Origin: Phycisphaerae bacterium
Lineage (GTDB): Bacteria > Planctomycetota > Phycisphaerae > UBA1845 > Fen-1342
Length of the DNA stretch: 24,000 nt
Assembly (NCBI GenBank): GCA_050115495.1
Contig: JASFQK010000009.1
Coordinates: forward strand, 11,757 to 35,756
Direction: 5' to 3'
Made by a program: the position numbers and the translations under genes. The notes below the pieces were generated by a model that saw only the letters and a program-made list of their open reading frames with translations, did no database searches and had not been told where the DNA came from. The first letter of the stretch is position 1; every line of letters starts with the position of its first letter. Below, piece by piece: positions 16,089 through 23,283 of the stretch.

Positions 16089-16305
16089 GGAGTGCAGTCA
16101 GGGAACCGCGGAGGTTTCCGCTGAACAGAGATCAGGACGAATGACACGGACATCCGGTACATGATCCGGGAGACAGTGGAGCGGCTCGCCTGGCCGCCGT
16201 CTCGCCGTGACGTCCGTCCTGAATCGCGCAAGTACTTGTCCTGTATGCAATTCTCTTCGGCGTCGGCGACTGTGGCGAACCCGCTCCCATGAGGAACAGA
16301 TCCAC

Positions 16306-18471
16306 ATGGTGAAGGTGCAGTTGCCCGACGGCAAAATGGTCGAGCATTCGGACGGCGTGACCGTAGCAGAGGTCCTGCGCGCGATCAGTCCGCGCCTGGA
16401 ACAGGCCGCCGTTGCCGCCAAGCTCAATGACCAGGTGGTGGACCTGAGCACCCGGCTGACTGAGCCGGTCAGCACGGTGGTCGCGCTGAAGCTCAGCGAC
16501 CGCGACGGTCTGGAGGTCGCTCGGCACAGTTGTGCCCACGTGATGGCCGAGGCGATTTGCAGCCTCTGGCCCCAGACGAAGCTCGTCTATGGTCCGCCCG
16601 TTGAGAACGGTTTCTATTACGACATTGACCTCGATCATTCGCTGACGCCGGAAGACTTCGACCGGATCGAGAAGCGGATGGACGAGATCGTCGCCGAGGA
16701 CCGGCCGTTCCGCCGGTACGAGATGCCGCGCGCCGAGGGCATGACCAAGCTCCAGGCGGAAGGCAACGAGTACAAGCTGGACAACGCCGAGCGGGCCGGT
16801 GGCGACACGCTGAGCTTCTACGTGACCGGCGAGCCGGGCACGAGCGCCTTCGAGGACTTGTGCCGCGGGCCGCACGTGCCGAGCTCGGGACGGGTCGGGG
16901 CGTACAAGATCATGCAGGTGGCCGGGGCGTACCACCACGGCGACGCCAGCCGCAGGATGCTGCAACGCATCTACGGCACGACGTGGCCGGACAAGAAGGC
17001 GCTGCGGCAATACCTCAACATGCTCGAAGAGGCCAAGAAGCGCGATCACCGGCGCATCGGCCAGGAGCTGGGGCTGTTCACGATCAGTCCGCTGGTCGGA
17101 ACGGGCTTGGCCCTGTGGAAGCCGCGCGGGGCGATGATCCGCTACATTCTCGAAGAAACGCTCCGCCGCGAGTTGCTGGCGCACGGCTATCAGCCGGTGT
17201 ATACGCCGCACATCGGGCGGCTCGACCTGTACCGCACGAGCGGGCATTTCCCCTACTACAAGGATGCCCAGTATCCGCCGCTGTTCGAATCCGAGCGGGC
17301 GCGGCTGCTGAACATGCTGTGGGAGATGGCCAGGGCGTCGCCGGACGGCAAGGCGCAGCCGGAGGAGATCGCGCTTTACGAGCGACTGGCCGAGCAGCAC
17401 GCTGACCTGCGCAACGACGGCTATCCGGCCGAGGCGCCGGCGGCCGAGCGGCAGCGGCGCATCCGCTCGTGGCTGGCCGTGGAAGACGGCTATCTGCTCA
17501 AGCCGATGAACTGCCCGCACCACATCCAGATCTACAACTCGGAGGCGCGGAGCTACCGCGACCTGCCGGTGAAGCTGGCCGAGTTCGGGCAGGTGTACCG
17601 CTACGAGCAGTCGGGTGAGGTCAGCGGGCTGACGCGCGTGCGCGGCTTCTGCCAGGACGACGCTCACGTGTTCTGCACGCCCGAGCAACTGCCGGCGGAA
17701 ATCGCCGAATGCGTCGAGCTGTCGCAGTACGTGCTGCACCTGATCGGGCTGAACGACTACCGCGTGCGGATCGGTCTGCGTGATCCGGCGAGCGACAAGT
17801 ACATCGGCACGGACAAGAACTGGGAGATGGCGCAGGAGGCCCTGCGGGCTTCGGTGCGCTCGACCGACCTGGAGTGGTCGGAAGAGGTCGGCGAGGCGGC
17901 GTTCTACGGGCCGAAGATCGACTTCGTGGCCCGCGACTGCATCGGCCGCGAGTGGCAGCTCGGCACCGTGCAGGTCGACTACAACCTGCCCGAGCGCTTC
18001 GCCCTGACCTACGCCGGCGACGACAACAACGAACACCGGCCGGTGATGGTGCACCGCACGCTCTTCGGCAGCATGGAGCGGTTCGTCGGTATCCTGATCG
18101 AGCATTACGCGGGCAAGTTCCCGCTGTGGCTGTCGCCGATCCAGGTGACGGTCTGCAACGTCAGCGACAAGTCGGCCGCGTACGCCCGGCAGGTGTACGA
18201 CAAGTGCCGAGAGGCGAGCCTGCGGGTCGAGCTGGATGACAGCGACGACCGGATCGGGGCGAAGATCCGCCGGGCGACGCTGATGAGAGTTCCGTACATC
18301 CTGGTCGTTGGCGAGCAGGAGGTCGAGAACGGCCAGGTCAATGTGCGTACGCGCGAAGGAGAGCAGCAGGGAAGTCACCGGCTGCCGGAGTTCCTGGCCG
18401 CGTGTGCGCTGGAGATTATCAACCGGGGCCAGGCGTGCCCCGCCGGTGAAGGCCAGGCGCCGGCGACGTAG
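16306..18471 (+). CDS. thrS: threonine--tRNA ligase (with a ~65-70 aa lineage-specific insertion in the catalytic core)
   Basis: Track ORF 16207-18471 trimmed to ATG 16306 (GAGGA 10 nt upstream). It reads MVKVQLPDGK.. (TGS domain), then HSCAHVMAEA (editing-domain HxxxH) and RDHRRIGQEL. KPMNCPHHIQIY, RVRGFCQDDAHVFC, FYGPKIDF, HRTLFGSMERF and the anticodon-binding domain follow. All are colinear with bacterial ThrRS. Confidence 0.95.
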   Translation: MVKVQLPDGKMVEHSDGVTVAEVLRAISPRLEQAAVAAKLNDQVVDLSTRLTEPVSTVVALKLSDRDGLEVARHSCAHVMAEAICSLWPQTKLVYGPPVENGFYYDIDLDHSLTPEDFDRIEKRMDEIVAEDRPFRRYEMPRAEGMTKLQAEGNEYKLDNAERAGGDTLSFYVTGEPGTSAFEDLCRGPHVPSSGRVGAYKIMQVAGAYHHGDASRRMLQRIYGTTWPDKKALRQYLNMLEEAKKRDHRRIGQELGLFTISPLVGTGLALWKPRGAMIRYILEETLRRELLAHGYQPVYTPHIGRLDLYRTSGHFPYYKDAQYPPLFESERARLLNMLWEMARASPDGKAQPEEIALYERLAEQHADLRNDGYPAEAPAAERQRRIRSWLAVEDGYLLKPMNCPHHIQIYNSEARSYRDLPVKLAEFGQVYRYEQSGEVSGLTRVRGFCQDDAHVFCTPEQLPAEIAECVELSQYVLHLIGLNDYRVRIGLRDPASDKYIGTDKNWEMAQEALRASVRSTDLEWSEEVGEAAFYGPKIDFVARDCIGREWQLGTVQVDYNLPERFALTYAGDDNNEHRPVMVHRTLFGSMERFVGILIEHYAGKFPLWLSPIQVTVCNVSDKSAAYARQVYDKCREASLRVELDDSDDRIGAKIRRATLMRVPYILVVGEQEVENGQVNVRTREGEQQGSHRLPEFLAACALEIINRGQACPAGEGQAPAT

Positions 18472-18516
18472 CGGTCCGCGAGTGGCGGGCCGCCGCCAGA
18501 AAGGACGGTAAAGCCC

Positions 18517-19116
18517 ATTCAGGAATTTCGCCGCAACGAGCAGATCCGCATCTCACCGGTGCGGGTGATCGGGCCGGACGGGCAGCAGTTGGGCGTGTTG
18601 TCCAACGATGAGGCCCAGCGCGTGGCCCGCGATGCTGGAATGGACCTGGTGGAGGTGGCCCCTACCGTGCGGCCGCCCGTATGCCGGGTGATGGACTACG
18701 GAAAGTGGAAGTACCTCCAGAAGAAGAAGTCGAGCAAAAGCGCCGACCAGCTCTTCAAAGAGGTGCGTCTGCGGCCGAAAACGGACGACCACGACCGCGA
18801 GATCAAGGTCAAGCGCGCCACGCTCTTCTTCGGTAAGGGCGCCAAGGTGCAGTTCACCATGCGCTTCCGCGGCCGTGAGCGGGCCCATCGCGAGGTGGCT
18901 TTCGCCATTCTGCGCGGCATCGCCGATCATTTCGGCGAGCGCGTGAAGGTCGAGCGTCCGCCAAGCATGGACGGGCGCAACATGATCATGGTGCTGAGCC
19001 CGATCAAGGGGGCCTTCAAGGACGCGGCCGTCAAGGCAGCCACTATGCCGGAGCCGCCCGATGACCCGGACGAGGACGATCTGGACGACGAGCCGGAAGA
19101 GTCCAGCCCGGAATAG
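18517..19116 (+). CDS. infC: translation initiation factor IF-3, proposed AUU start
   Basis: The track starts at GTG 18559, but the conserved IF-3 N-terminus (..FRRNEQIRISPVRVIGPDGQQLGV) is encoded in frame upstream. Between the thrS stop (18469-18471, same frame) and 18559 there is no ATG/GTG/TTG/CTG. ATT at 18517 is preceded by AAGGA (18501-18505). N- and C-domain motifs (DLVEV, CRVMDYGK, KEVRLRPKTDDHD, MRFRGRE) are present. Confidence 0.88.
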   Translation: MQEFRRNEQIRISPVRVIGPDGQQLGVLSNDEAQRVARDAGMDLVEVAPTVRPPVCRVMDYGKWKYLQKKKSSKSADQLFKEVRLRPKTDDHDREIKVKRATLFFGKGAKVQFTMRFRGRERAHREVAFAILRGIADHFGERVKVERPPSMDGRNMIMVLSPIKGAFKDAAVKAATMPEPPDDPDEDDLDDEPEESSPE

Positions 19117-19269
19117 ACAGTCACGCTGAGTGGCCTGACGTGAATCAGCGCCTGGCCGCTTTGCTGCGGGCTCGCCGAACGTGACGCCGCGGGCTAGACT
19201 CTGCGGTGGATCGCGTGGGTGGCCAAGGGGAGAACTGGGGTTGCCCGGCGGTCGCCGGGAGTACCCATT

Positions 19270-20460
19270 GTGCGTATCGCGTATTTCGACTGCTTCAGCG
19301 GGGCGGCCGGAGACATGATCGTCGCCGCCCTGATTGACGCTGGTTGTCCGCTGGGGTTCCTGCAAGATGCCGTGGCCGGCCTGAAGCTGCCGGGCGTGGC
19401 GCTGTCGACGGAACAGGTCCGCCGCGGGAGCATCGCCGCGACGCGGGTGCGCGTCGACGTCCTGCCCGAGGCGCAGACAAAGCACCGACACCTGCCCGAC
19501 ATCGTGCAACGGATCGAGGCGGCGGGCCTGCCCGCAGCCGTGGCCCAGCGAGCCGTCCAGGTATTCCGGCGGCTGGCCGAGGCCGAGGCCGCCGTTCACG
19601 GTATCTCGGAAGACAAGGTGCACTTCCACGAAGTGGGGGCCGCGGACGCGATGGTGGACGTGGTCGCCGCCTGCGCCGGTCTGGCGCAGCTTGGCGTCCA
19701 GCGCGTCCATTGTTCGCCCATTCCCACCGGAACCGGGACCGTGCACTGCGCCCACGGCGAATTGCCCGTGCCGGCACCGGCGACCGCCCTGCTCCTCCGC
19801 GGCGTGCCCCTGGCGGCGTGCGACGAGCCGGCGGAGCTGACCACCCCCACCGGGGCCGCAGTCCTGACAACCTTCGCCGAGAGCTACGGCGTCCTGCCGG
19901 CCATGCGGCTGGAGCGGATCGGGCATGGGGCCGGCACGCGTGAGGGCGGCCGACGGCCGAATTTCCTGCGCGTTCTCATCGGCGACGCCGAAACCCCGGC
20001 AGACACCGCCGAGGACGTCATCGTCGTCCTCGAAGCCCAGGTGGACGACGCAACCGGCCAAACCCTGGCCCACGCCGCCGAGCGGCTCCTCGCCGGCGGT
20101 GCACTCGACGCGCACATTGTGCCGATAATCATGAAGAAAGGACGGCCCGGCCAGATCCTCACCGTGCTCTGCCGGCCGCCGGACGCCGACCGTCTCGAAG
20201 CGGTGCTGTTCGGCGAGACGACGACGTTTGGCGTGCGGCGGCACGAGTGCCGGCGACGGGAATTGGCCCGCGGCCACGAGACGGTGGCGACCGCGTACGG
20301 CCCGATCCGCGTGAAGGTCGGGCGGCTGGCGGGCACGCTCGTGCAGGCCTGGCCGGAATACGAGGATTGCGCCGCAGCCGCCCGGGAGCACGAAACGGCT
20401 CTGCGGACGGTGCAGCAGGAAGCGCTACGGGTCTGGAAGCTGGGTGATGATGCTCGGTGA
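19270..20460 (+). CDS. larC: LarC-type nickel insertion protein (DUF111; nickel-pincer cofactor biosynthesis)
   Basis: Track ORF 19219-20460 trimmed to GTG 19270 (GGGAG 8 nt upstream), giving VRIAYFDCFSGAAGDM, the typical LarC N-terminus. HFHEVGAADAMVDVV, PIPTGTGTV.CAHGELPVPAPAT and LTTPTGAAVL motifs are present, followed by the C-terminal domain. Confidence 0.87.
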   Translation: MRIAYFDCFSGAAGDMIVAALIDAGCPLGFLQDAVAGLKLPGVALSTEQVRRGSIAATRVRVDVLPEAQTKHRHLPDIVQRIEAAGLPAAVAQRAVQVFRRLAEAEAAVHGISEDKVHFHEVGAADAMVDVVAACAGLAQLGVQRVHCSPIPTGTGTVHCAHGELPVPAPATALLLRGVPLAACDEPAELTTPTGAAVLTTFAESYGVLPAMRLERIGHGAGTREGGRRPNFLRVLIGDAETPADTAEDVIVVLEAQVDDATGQTLAHAAERLLAGGALDAHIVPIIMKKGRPGQILTVLCRPPDADRLEAVLFGETTTFGVRRHECRRRELARGHETVATAYGPIRVKVGRLAGTLVQAWPEYEDCAAAAREHETALRTVQQEALRVWKLGDDAR

Positions 20461-21070
20461 GGCGATCACGTTCGAAAACGGGATGCTGTTCCTCGCGGGC
20501 GCGCTCTCCCTCACGTTCTTCTCGCTCCGCTGGGTGCGACGCAACCAGCGGCGCGTGGCGGCGTCGGCGGAGCATTCGCGCGACGAGCTGCGCACCCTCC
20601 GCGAACAGGCCGCCCTGCCCTCCACCATGAGCGAATTGATGGTGCAGCTCGAGGAGTTCTCCCGGCGAATCAACGCCCAGCTCGATACGAAGTTCGCCCG
20701 GCTCGAAACGGTCGTGCGCGACGCGGACGACCGCATCGCCAAGCTGAAGCAGTTGCTCACGCAGCTCGGCGAAGCTCCGCCGCAGGCCGTCCGGAAAGCG
20801 CCGCCGGCCGCACGGGCGCCCCGTTCGGAAGTACGTCCGGCGACCGACAACGATGCCCCGCCGAAGCGACCGGCGCCCCCCGCCGCAGCGCCGCCGGCGA
20901 AGCCGTCAGCCGACCCCGTCGCCGTCAATCCTGACCTGCTGCCGCGACACGAGACGGCACAGCGTGTGTACGCCCTCGCCGACCGCGGCGCCACGCCCAT
21001 CCAGATCGCCGAAGAGACGGACCTGCCACTCGGCGAAGTGGAGCTGCTGCTGAACCTGCGGCAGATGTAG
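20447..21070 (+). CDS. membrane-anchored coiled-coil protein with Pro/Ala-rich linker and C-terminal HTH-like segment (DUF2802-like)
   Basis: Starts at GTG 20444, ATG 20447 or ATG 20450, overlapping the larC 3' end by 11-17 nt. One N-terminal TM (GMLFLAGALSLTFFSL), then a heptad-like region (LMVQLEEFSRRINAQLDTKFARLETVVRDADDRIAKLKQLL). A PA-rich linker follows. The C-terminus is RVYALADRGATPIQIAEETDLPLGEVELLLNL. Confidence 0.65.
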   Translation: MMLGEAITFENGMLFLAGALSLTFFSLRWVRRNQRRVAASAEHSRDELRTLREQAALPSTMSELMVQLEEFSRRINAQLDTKFARLETVVRDADDRIAKLKQLLTQLGEAPPQAVRKAPPAARAPRSEVRPATDNDAPPKRPAPPAAAPPAKPSADPVAVNPDLLPRHETAQRVYALADRGATPIQIAEETDLPLGEVELLLNLRQM

Positions 21071-21184
21071 GGATCCCTGCGAAATACCGGCGAACCGCGG
21101 AAATAGTGCGAGTTGCGCCCACCGCGTGGTTCTGCGCGTGAACGGCGTTCCCCCGCAACGTGCGATCGGCGGGCCGAGACCGCC

Positions 21185-23014
21185 CTACGGTTCGGCGTCT
21201 TCCGACGCGTCTTCGGCGGCGTCGTCGGAGGGCTCTTCCGCCGGGGCGGCTGCGCTGGCCGGACGCATCAGGCCGGCGAGGCGCTCGAAGTAGCGCTGGA
21301 CGGCGGTGTGGTACTGGCGGGGAACGAGGTTCTGATCGATGGCGTCCTGGGCGTCGCGCTGGGCGGCGTTGACGGCGCTGCGCTCTTCAGCCGTGGCCTG
21401 ACCGCGCTGCTGCGGGCCGTCGATGAGCATCTGCCCGATGATGGAGCCGGGCCGCTGCTGCGTCTGGGCCTTAGTCGGCTGGAGATCGTGGGCGACGCGC
21501 TCGGCGCCGATGTTGGCGCCGATGCCGCGGCCGTACTGCGGCCCCTGCGAGCCGACCCGGTTGCCTGGCGGGCCCTGGCAAGACCCGTTGCGGCAGCAGT
21601 TGCCCTGGCAGACGTCCTGTCGCAAACTCTGGAGGTCGGCGAGCTGCGCCTCCAGTTCGTTCATGAGCTGCTCGCTCATTTCGAGTTCGGACATCTGGCC
21701 CATGGCGTCGGACAGCGCTGCCGACGCGCACTGGGCATCCGCCGAGCTGCAGCCGGACTTGCAGCAGCTTTGCATGGCCTGGGCCGCCTGGGACATGCAC
21801 TTGCAGAGCTTCTGGCACTGCTTGCAAGCCTTCTGCTGCTGCTGCACCTTCTTGACCAGCTCCTTGATCTGCTCGGGCGTGAGGTTCTTGTTGGAAAGCT
21901 GGGCCTGAAGCTGCTTCTCGATGTCCTTGGGGTCCATCTTCTTCAGAGCTTCGGCCAGTTCGCGAGCCTGCTCGGGCGTGAGGCCGACCTTGTTCTCCAG
22001 CTCTTTGCGCAGGTACAGGGCGTCGTCCAACTCGGCCAACTGGTCGGCCAGACGCTGCATCTGGCTCTGCAACTGCTCGAGGCGCGCGCGGGCGGCGGGG
22101 TCGCCCTTGGCGGCGGCCTCCTCGAGTTCCTGCTTCATCTTCTCCAGCGCGTCGCGGGCGCCCTTGAAGTCGCCGTTGTTCAGGGCCTTGGACAATTCGC
22201 TGACGGGATTGTCGCCGGCCTGCGGATCGAGACGGGAAAGCGTGCGCTGGAGATCGTTCACGGCACCGAGCTGCGGGTCTTCCTTCTGAGCGGCCAGCTT
22301 GTCGGCGACGTTGTCGATCTTCTTGACGGCGTCGCGGCGAACGTCCTGCGGCGTGAGCGTGGCGTGCTCCGGCGTCTCGAGCGCCTCGAGCTCGCGGGCG
22401 AGATCGTCGAGGGCCGGATTGTTCTCGGCCATCTCCTTGATGCGGTTGACGCGGTCCTCAAGCTCCAGGTTGATGGCCGCCCGCTCTTCCTCGGCCTGGG
22501 CCCGGCCGATGCCGTCGTTCGCGTTCGGATCGCCGGCCAGCAGATCGAGCTGCGGCATGAACAGGGCCAGCAGGACGGCGACGACCACCGTGGCCGCCGA
22601 CCAGGGCCAGAGCTCCGGGGCCCGATAACGCAAATGCGAAGGAACGTGCACGCGGCCGGCGGCACGCTCGGCGTCGGCGATCACGGCCCTCGCAAACGGG
22701 TCGGGGCTCGCCCCCATGGCCCACGCGGAGCTTAACCGCTCTCGCAGACCCGCCGCCTCGTCAATCGCCACCGCCGCCTGCAACGGTGCCACCCGTCCGA
22801 CAGCCGTCCCGATGATGGCGATCAGCACAAACGCCCCAGCGGCCGCCCACATCGCCGGCATGACCGGAATGCCCAGGGCAAACAGCCGTTCGACGAGCAG
22901 GACCAGCGCCCACGTACCGGACGCGATCAGCAAGCCGATCGCGGCACGGTGCATGAAGACGTTCGTAGTCAGCCGCCGAGAAGCCCGAGCGATCTGTTGA
23001 CGGAGCACGGACAT
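21185..23014 (-). CDS. large membrane-anchored coiled-coil protein with a cysteine-rich patch (609 aa)
   Basis: ATG at 23014 with GAGGG 7-8 nt upstream. Three N-terminal TM segments are followed by ~250 aa of Glu/Lys/Leu/Gln/Ala-rich coiled-coil-like sequence. Then comes a 12-Cys segment (KACKQCQKLCKC...SCCKSGCSS..AQC....VCQGNCCRNGSCQG). A conserved-looking C-terminus (VPRQYHTAVQRYFERL) and an acidic tail end the protein. I make no firm family call. Confidence 0.8.
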   Translation of the reverse strand: MSVLRQQIARASRRLTTNVFMHRAAIGLLIASGTWALVLLVERLFALGIPVMPAMWAAAGAFVLIAIIGTAVGRVAPLQAAVAIDEAAGLRERLSSAWAMGASPDPFARAVIADAERAAGRVHVPSHLRYRAPELWPWSAATVVVAVLLALFMPQLDLLAGDPNANDGIGRAQAEEERAAINLELEDRVNRIKEMAENNPALDDLARELEALETPEHATLTPQDVRRDAVKKIDNVADKLAAQKEDPQLGAVNDLQRTLSRLDPQAGDNPVSELSKALNNGDFKGARDALEKMKQELEEAAAKGDPAARARLEQLQSQMQRLADQLAELDDALYLRKELENKVGLTPEQARELAEALKKMDPKDIEKQLQAQLSNKNLTPEQIKELVKKVQQQQKACKQCQKLCKCMSQAAQAMQSCCKSGCSSADAQCASAALSDAMGQMSELEMSEQLMNELEAQLADLQSLRQDVCQGNCCRNGSCQGPPGNRVGSQGPQYGRGIGANIGAERVAHDLQPTKAQTQQRPGSIIGQMLIDGPQQRGQATAEERSAVNAAQRDAQDAIDQNLVPRQYHTAVQRYFERLAGLMRPASAAAPAEEPSDDAAEDASEDAEP

Positions 23015-23042
23015 GGTGAACCCTCGCCTGACGGCACGATGC

Positions 23043-23065
23043 CACTGGTGGCTTGTCCACCAGTG
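23043..23065 (-). repeat. third copy of the CACTGGTGG-N5-CCACCAGTG hairpin (inverted orientation, loop CTTGT = complement of ACAAG)
   Basis: Read directly; perfect 9-bp stem. Lies in the divergent intergenic region between the 609-aa gene and the DUF72 gene, 20 nt from the REP-like array. Confidence 0.85.
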
Positions 23066-23084
23066 CGATAGCTACCCGGCCAAC

Positions 23085-23165
23085 GACGGCCGACACGGAG
23101 GTCGGCCGCTACGGACGTCCGGTATGGAGCCCGGACGCTACGAATGACCGGTACGGACCGCTACG
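23085..23165 (-). repeat. head-to-tail array of three REP-like hairpin units (29 + 29 + 23 nt), each reading GTAG + GC-rich palindrome on the minus strand
   Basis: Units on the plus strand are GACGGCCGACACGGAGGTCGGCCGCTACG (23085-23113), GACGTCCGGTATGGAGCCCGGACGCTACG (23114-23142) and AATGACCGGTACGGACCGCTACG (23143-23165). The same unit family occurs at 5709-5770 and 274-338. Confidence 0.85.
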
Positions 23166-23283
23166 GGCGGGGATGCACCCCCACCACCCACATAGTAGAT
23201 CGGCCCAGCGTCCATCTCAATTGGATTCGGCCGGGACCGGGAATGTTCCCGGGAAATCCCTATCATGACCGCCGGTGGCAGGT

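Noticed and set aside
16132-18378. 748-aa minus-strand ORF
   Set aside because: Exactly antisense to thrS, whose identity is unambiguous. The product is Arg/Leu/His/Val-rich with no motifs.
18559-18561. GTG at 18559 as the infC start, as in the ORF track
   Set aside because: It would remove the conserved N-terminal NEQIR segment, which is encoded in frame just upstream. An AUU start at 18517 with an upstream AAGGA fits known infC biology better. The GTG remains a fallback.
18553-20391. 612-aa minus-strand ORF
   Set aside because: Antisense to infC and larC, both supported by multiple family motifs. The composition is Arg/Gly/His-rich with no domain signatures.
21071-21184. Possible bidirectional terminator between the convergent 208-aa and 609-aa genes
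   Set aside because: Only short stems of 4-5 bp are present (CCAC-CGC-GTGG, GGCGG-N7-CCGCC) and there are no U-tracts. That is not convincing.
21113-22735. 540-aa plus-strand ORF
   Set aside because: Antisense to the 609-aa coiled-coil gene. Its Leu/Gly/Val/Ala repeats mirror the Glu/Lys/Gln/Ala-rich coiled coil on the other strand. The minus-strand gene has a good ATG, a Shine-Dalgarno-like sequence and TM/coiled-coil organisation.
23085-23165. Tandem 29-nt palindromic units that look superficially like CRISPR repeats
   Set aside because: The units are directly abutting with no spacers, there are only three of them, they differ from one another, and no cas genes are present. The GTAG + palindrome architecture fits REP elements instead.
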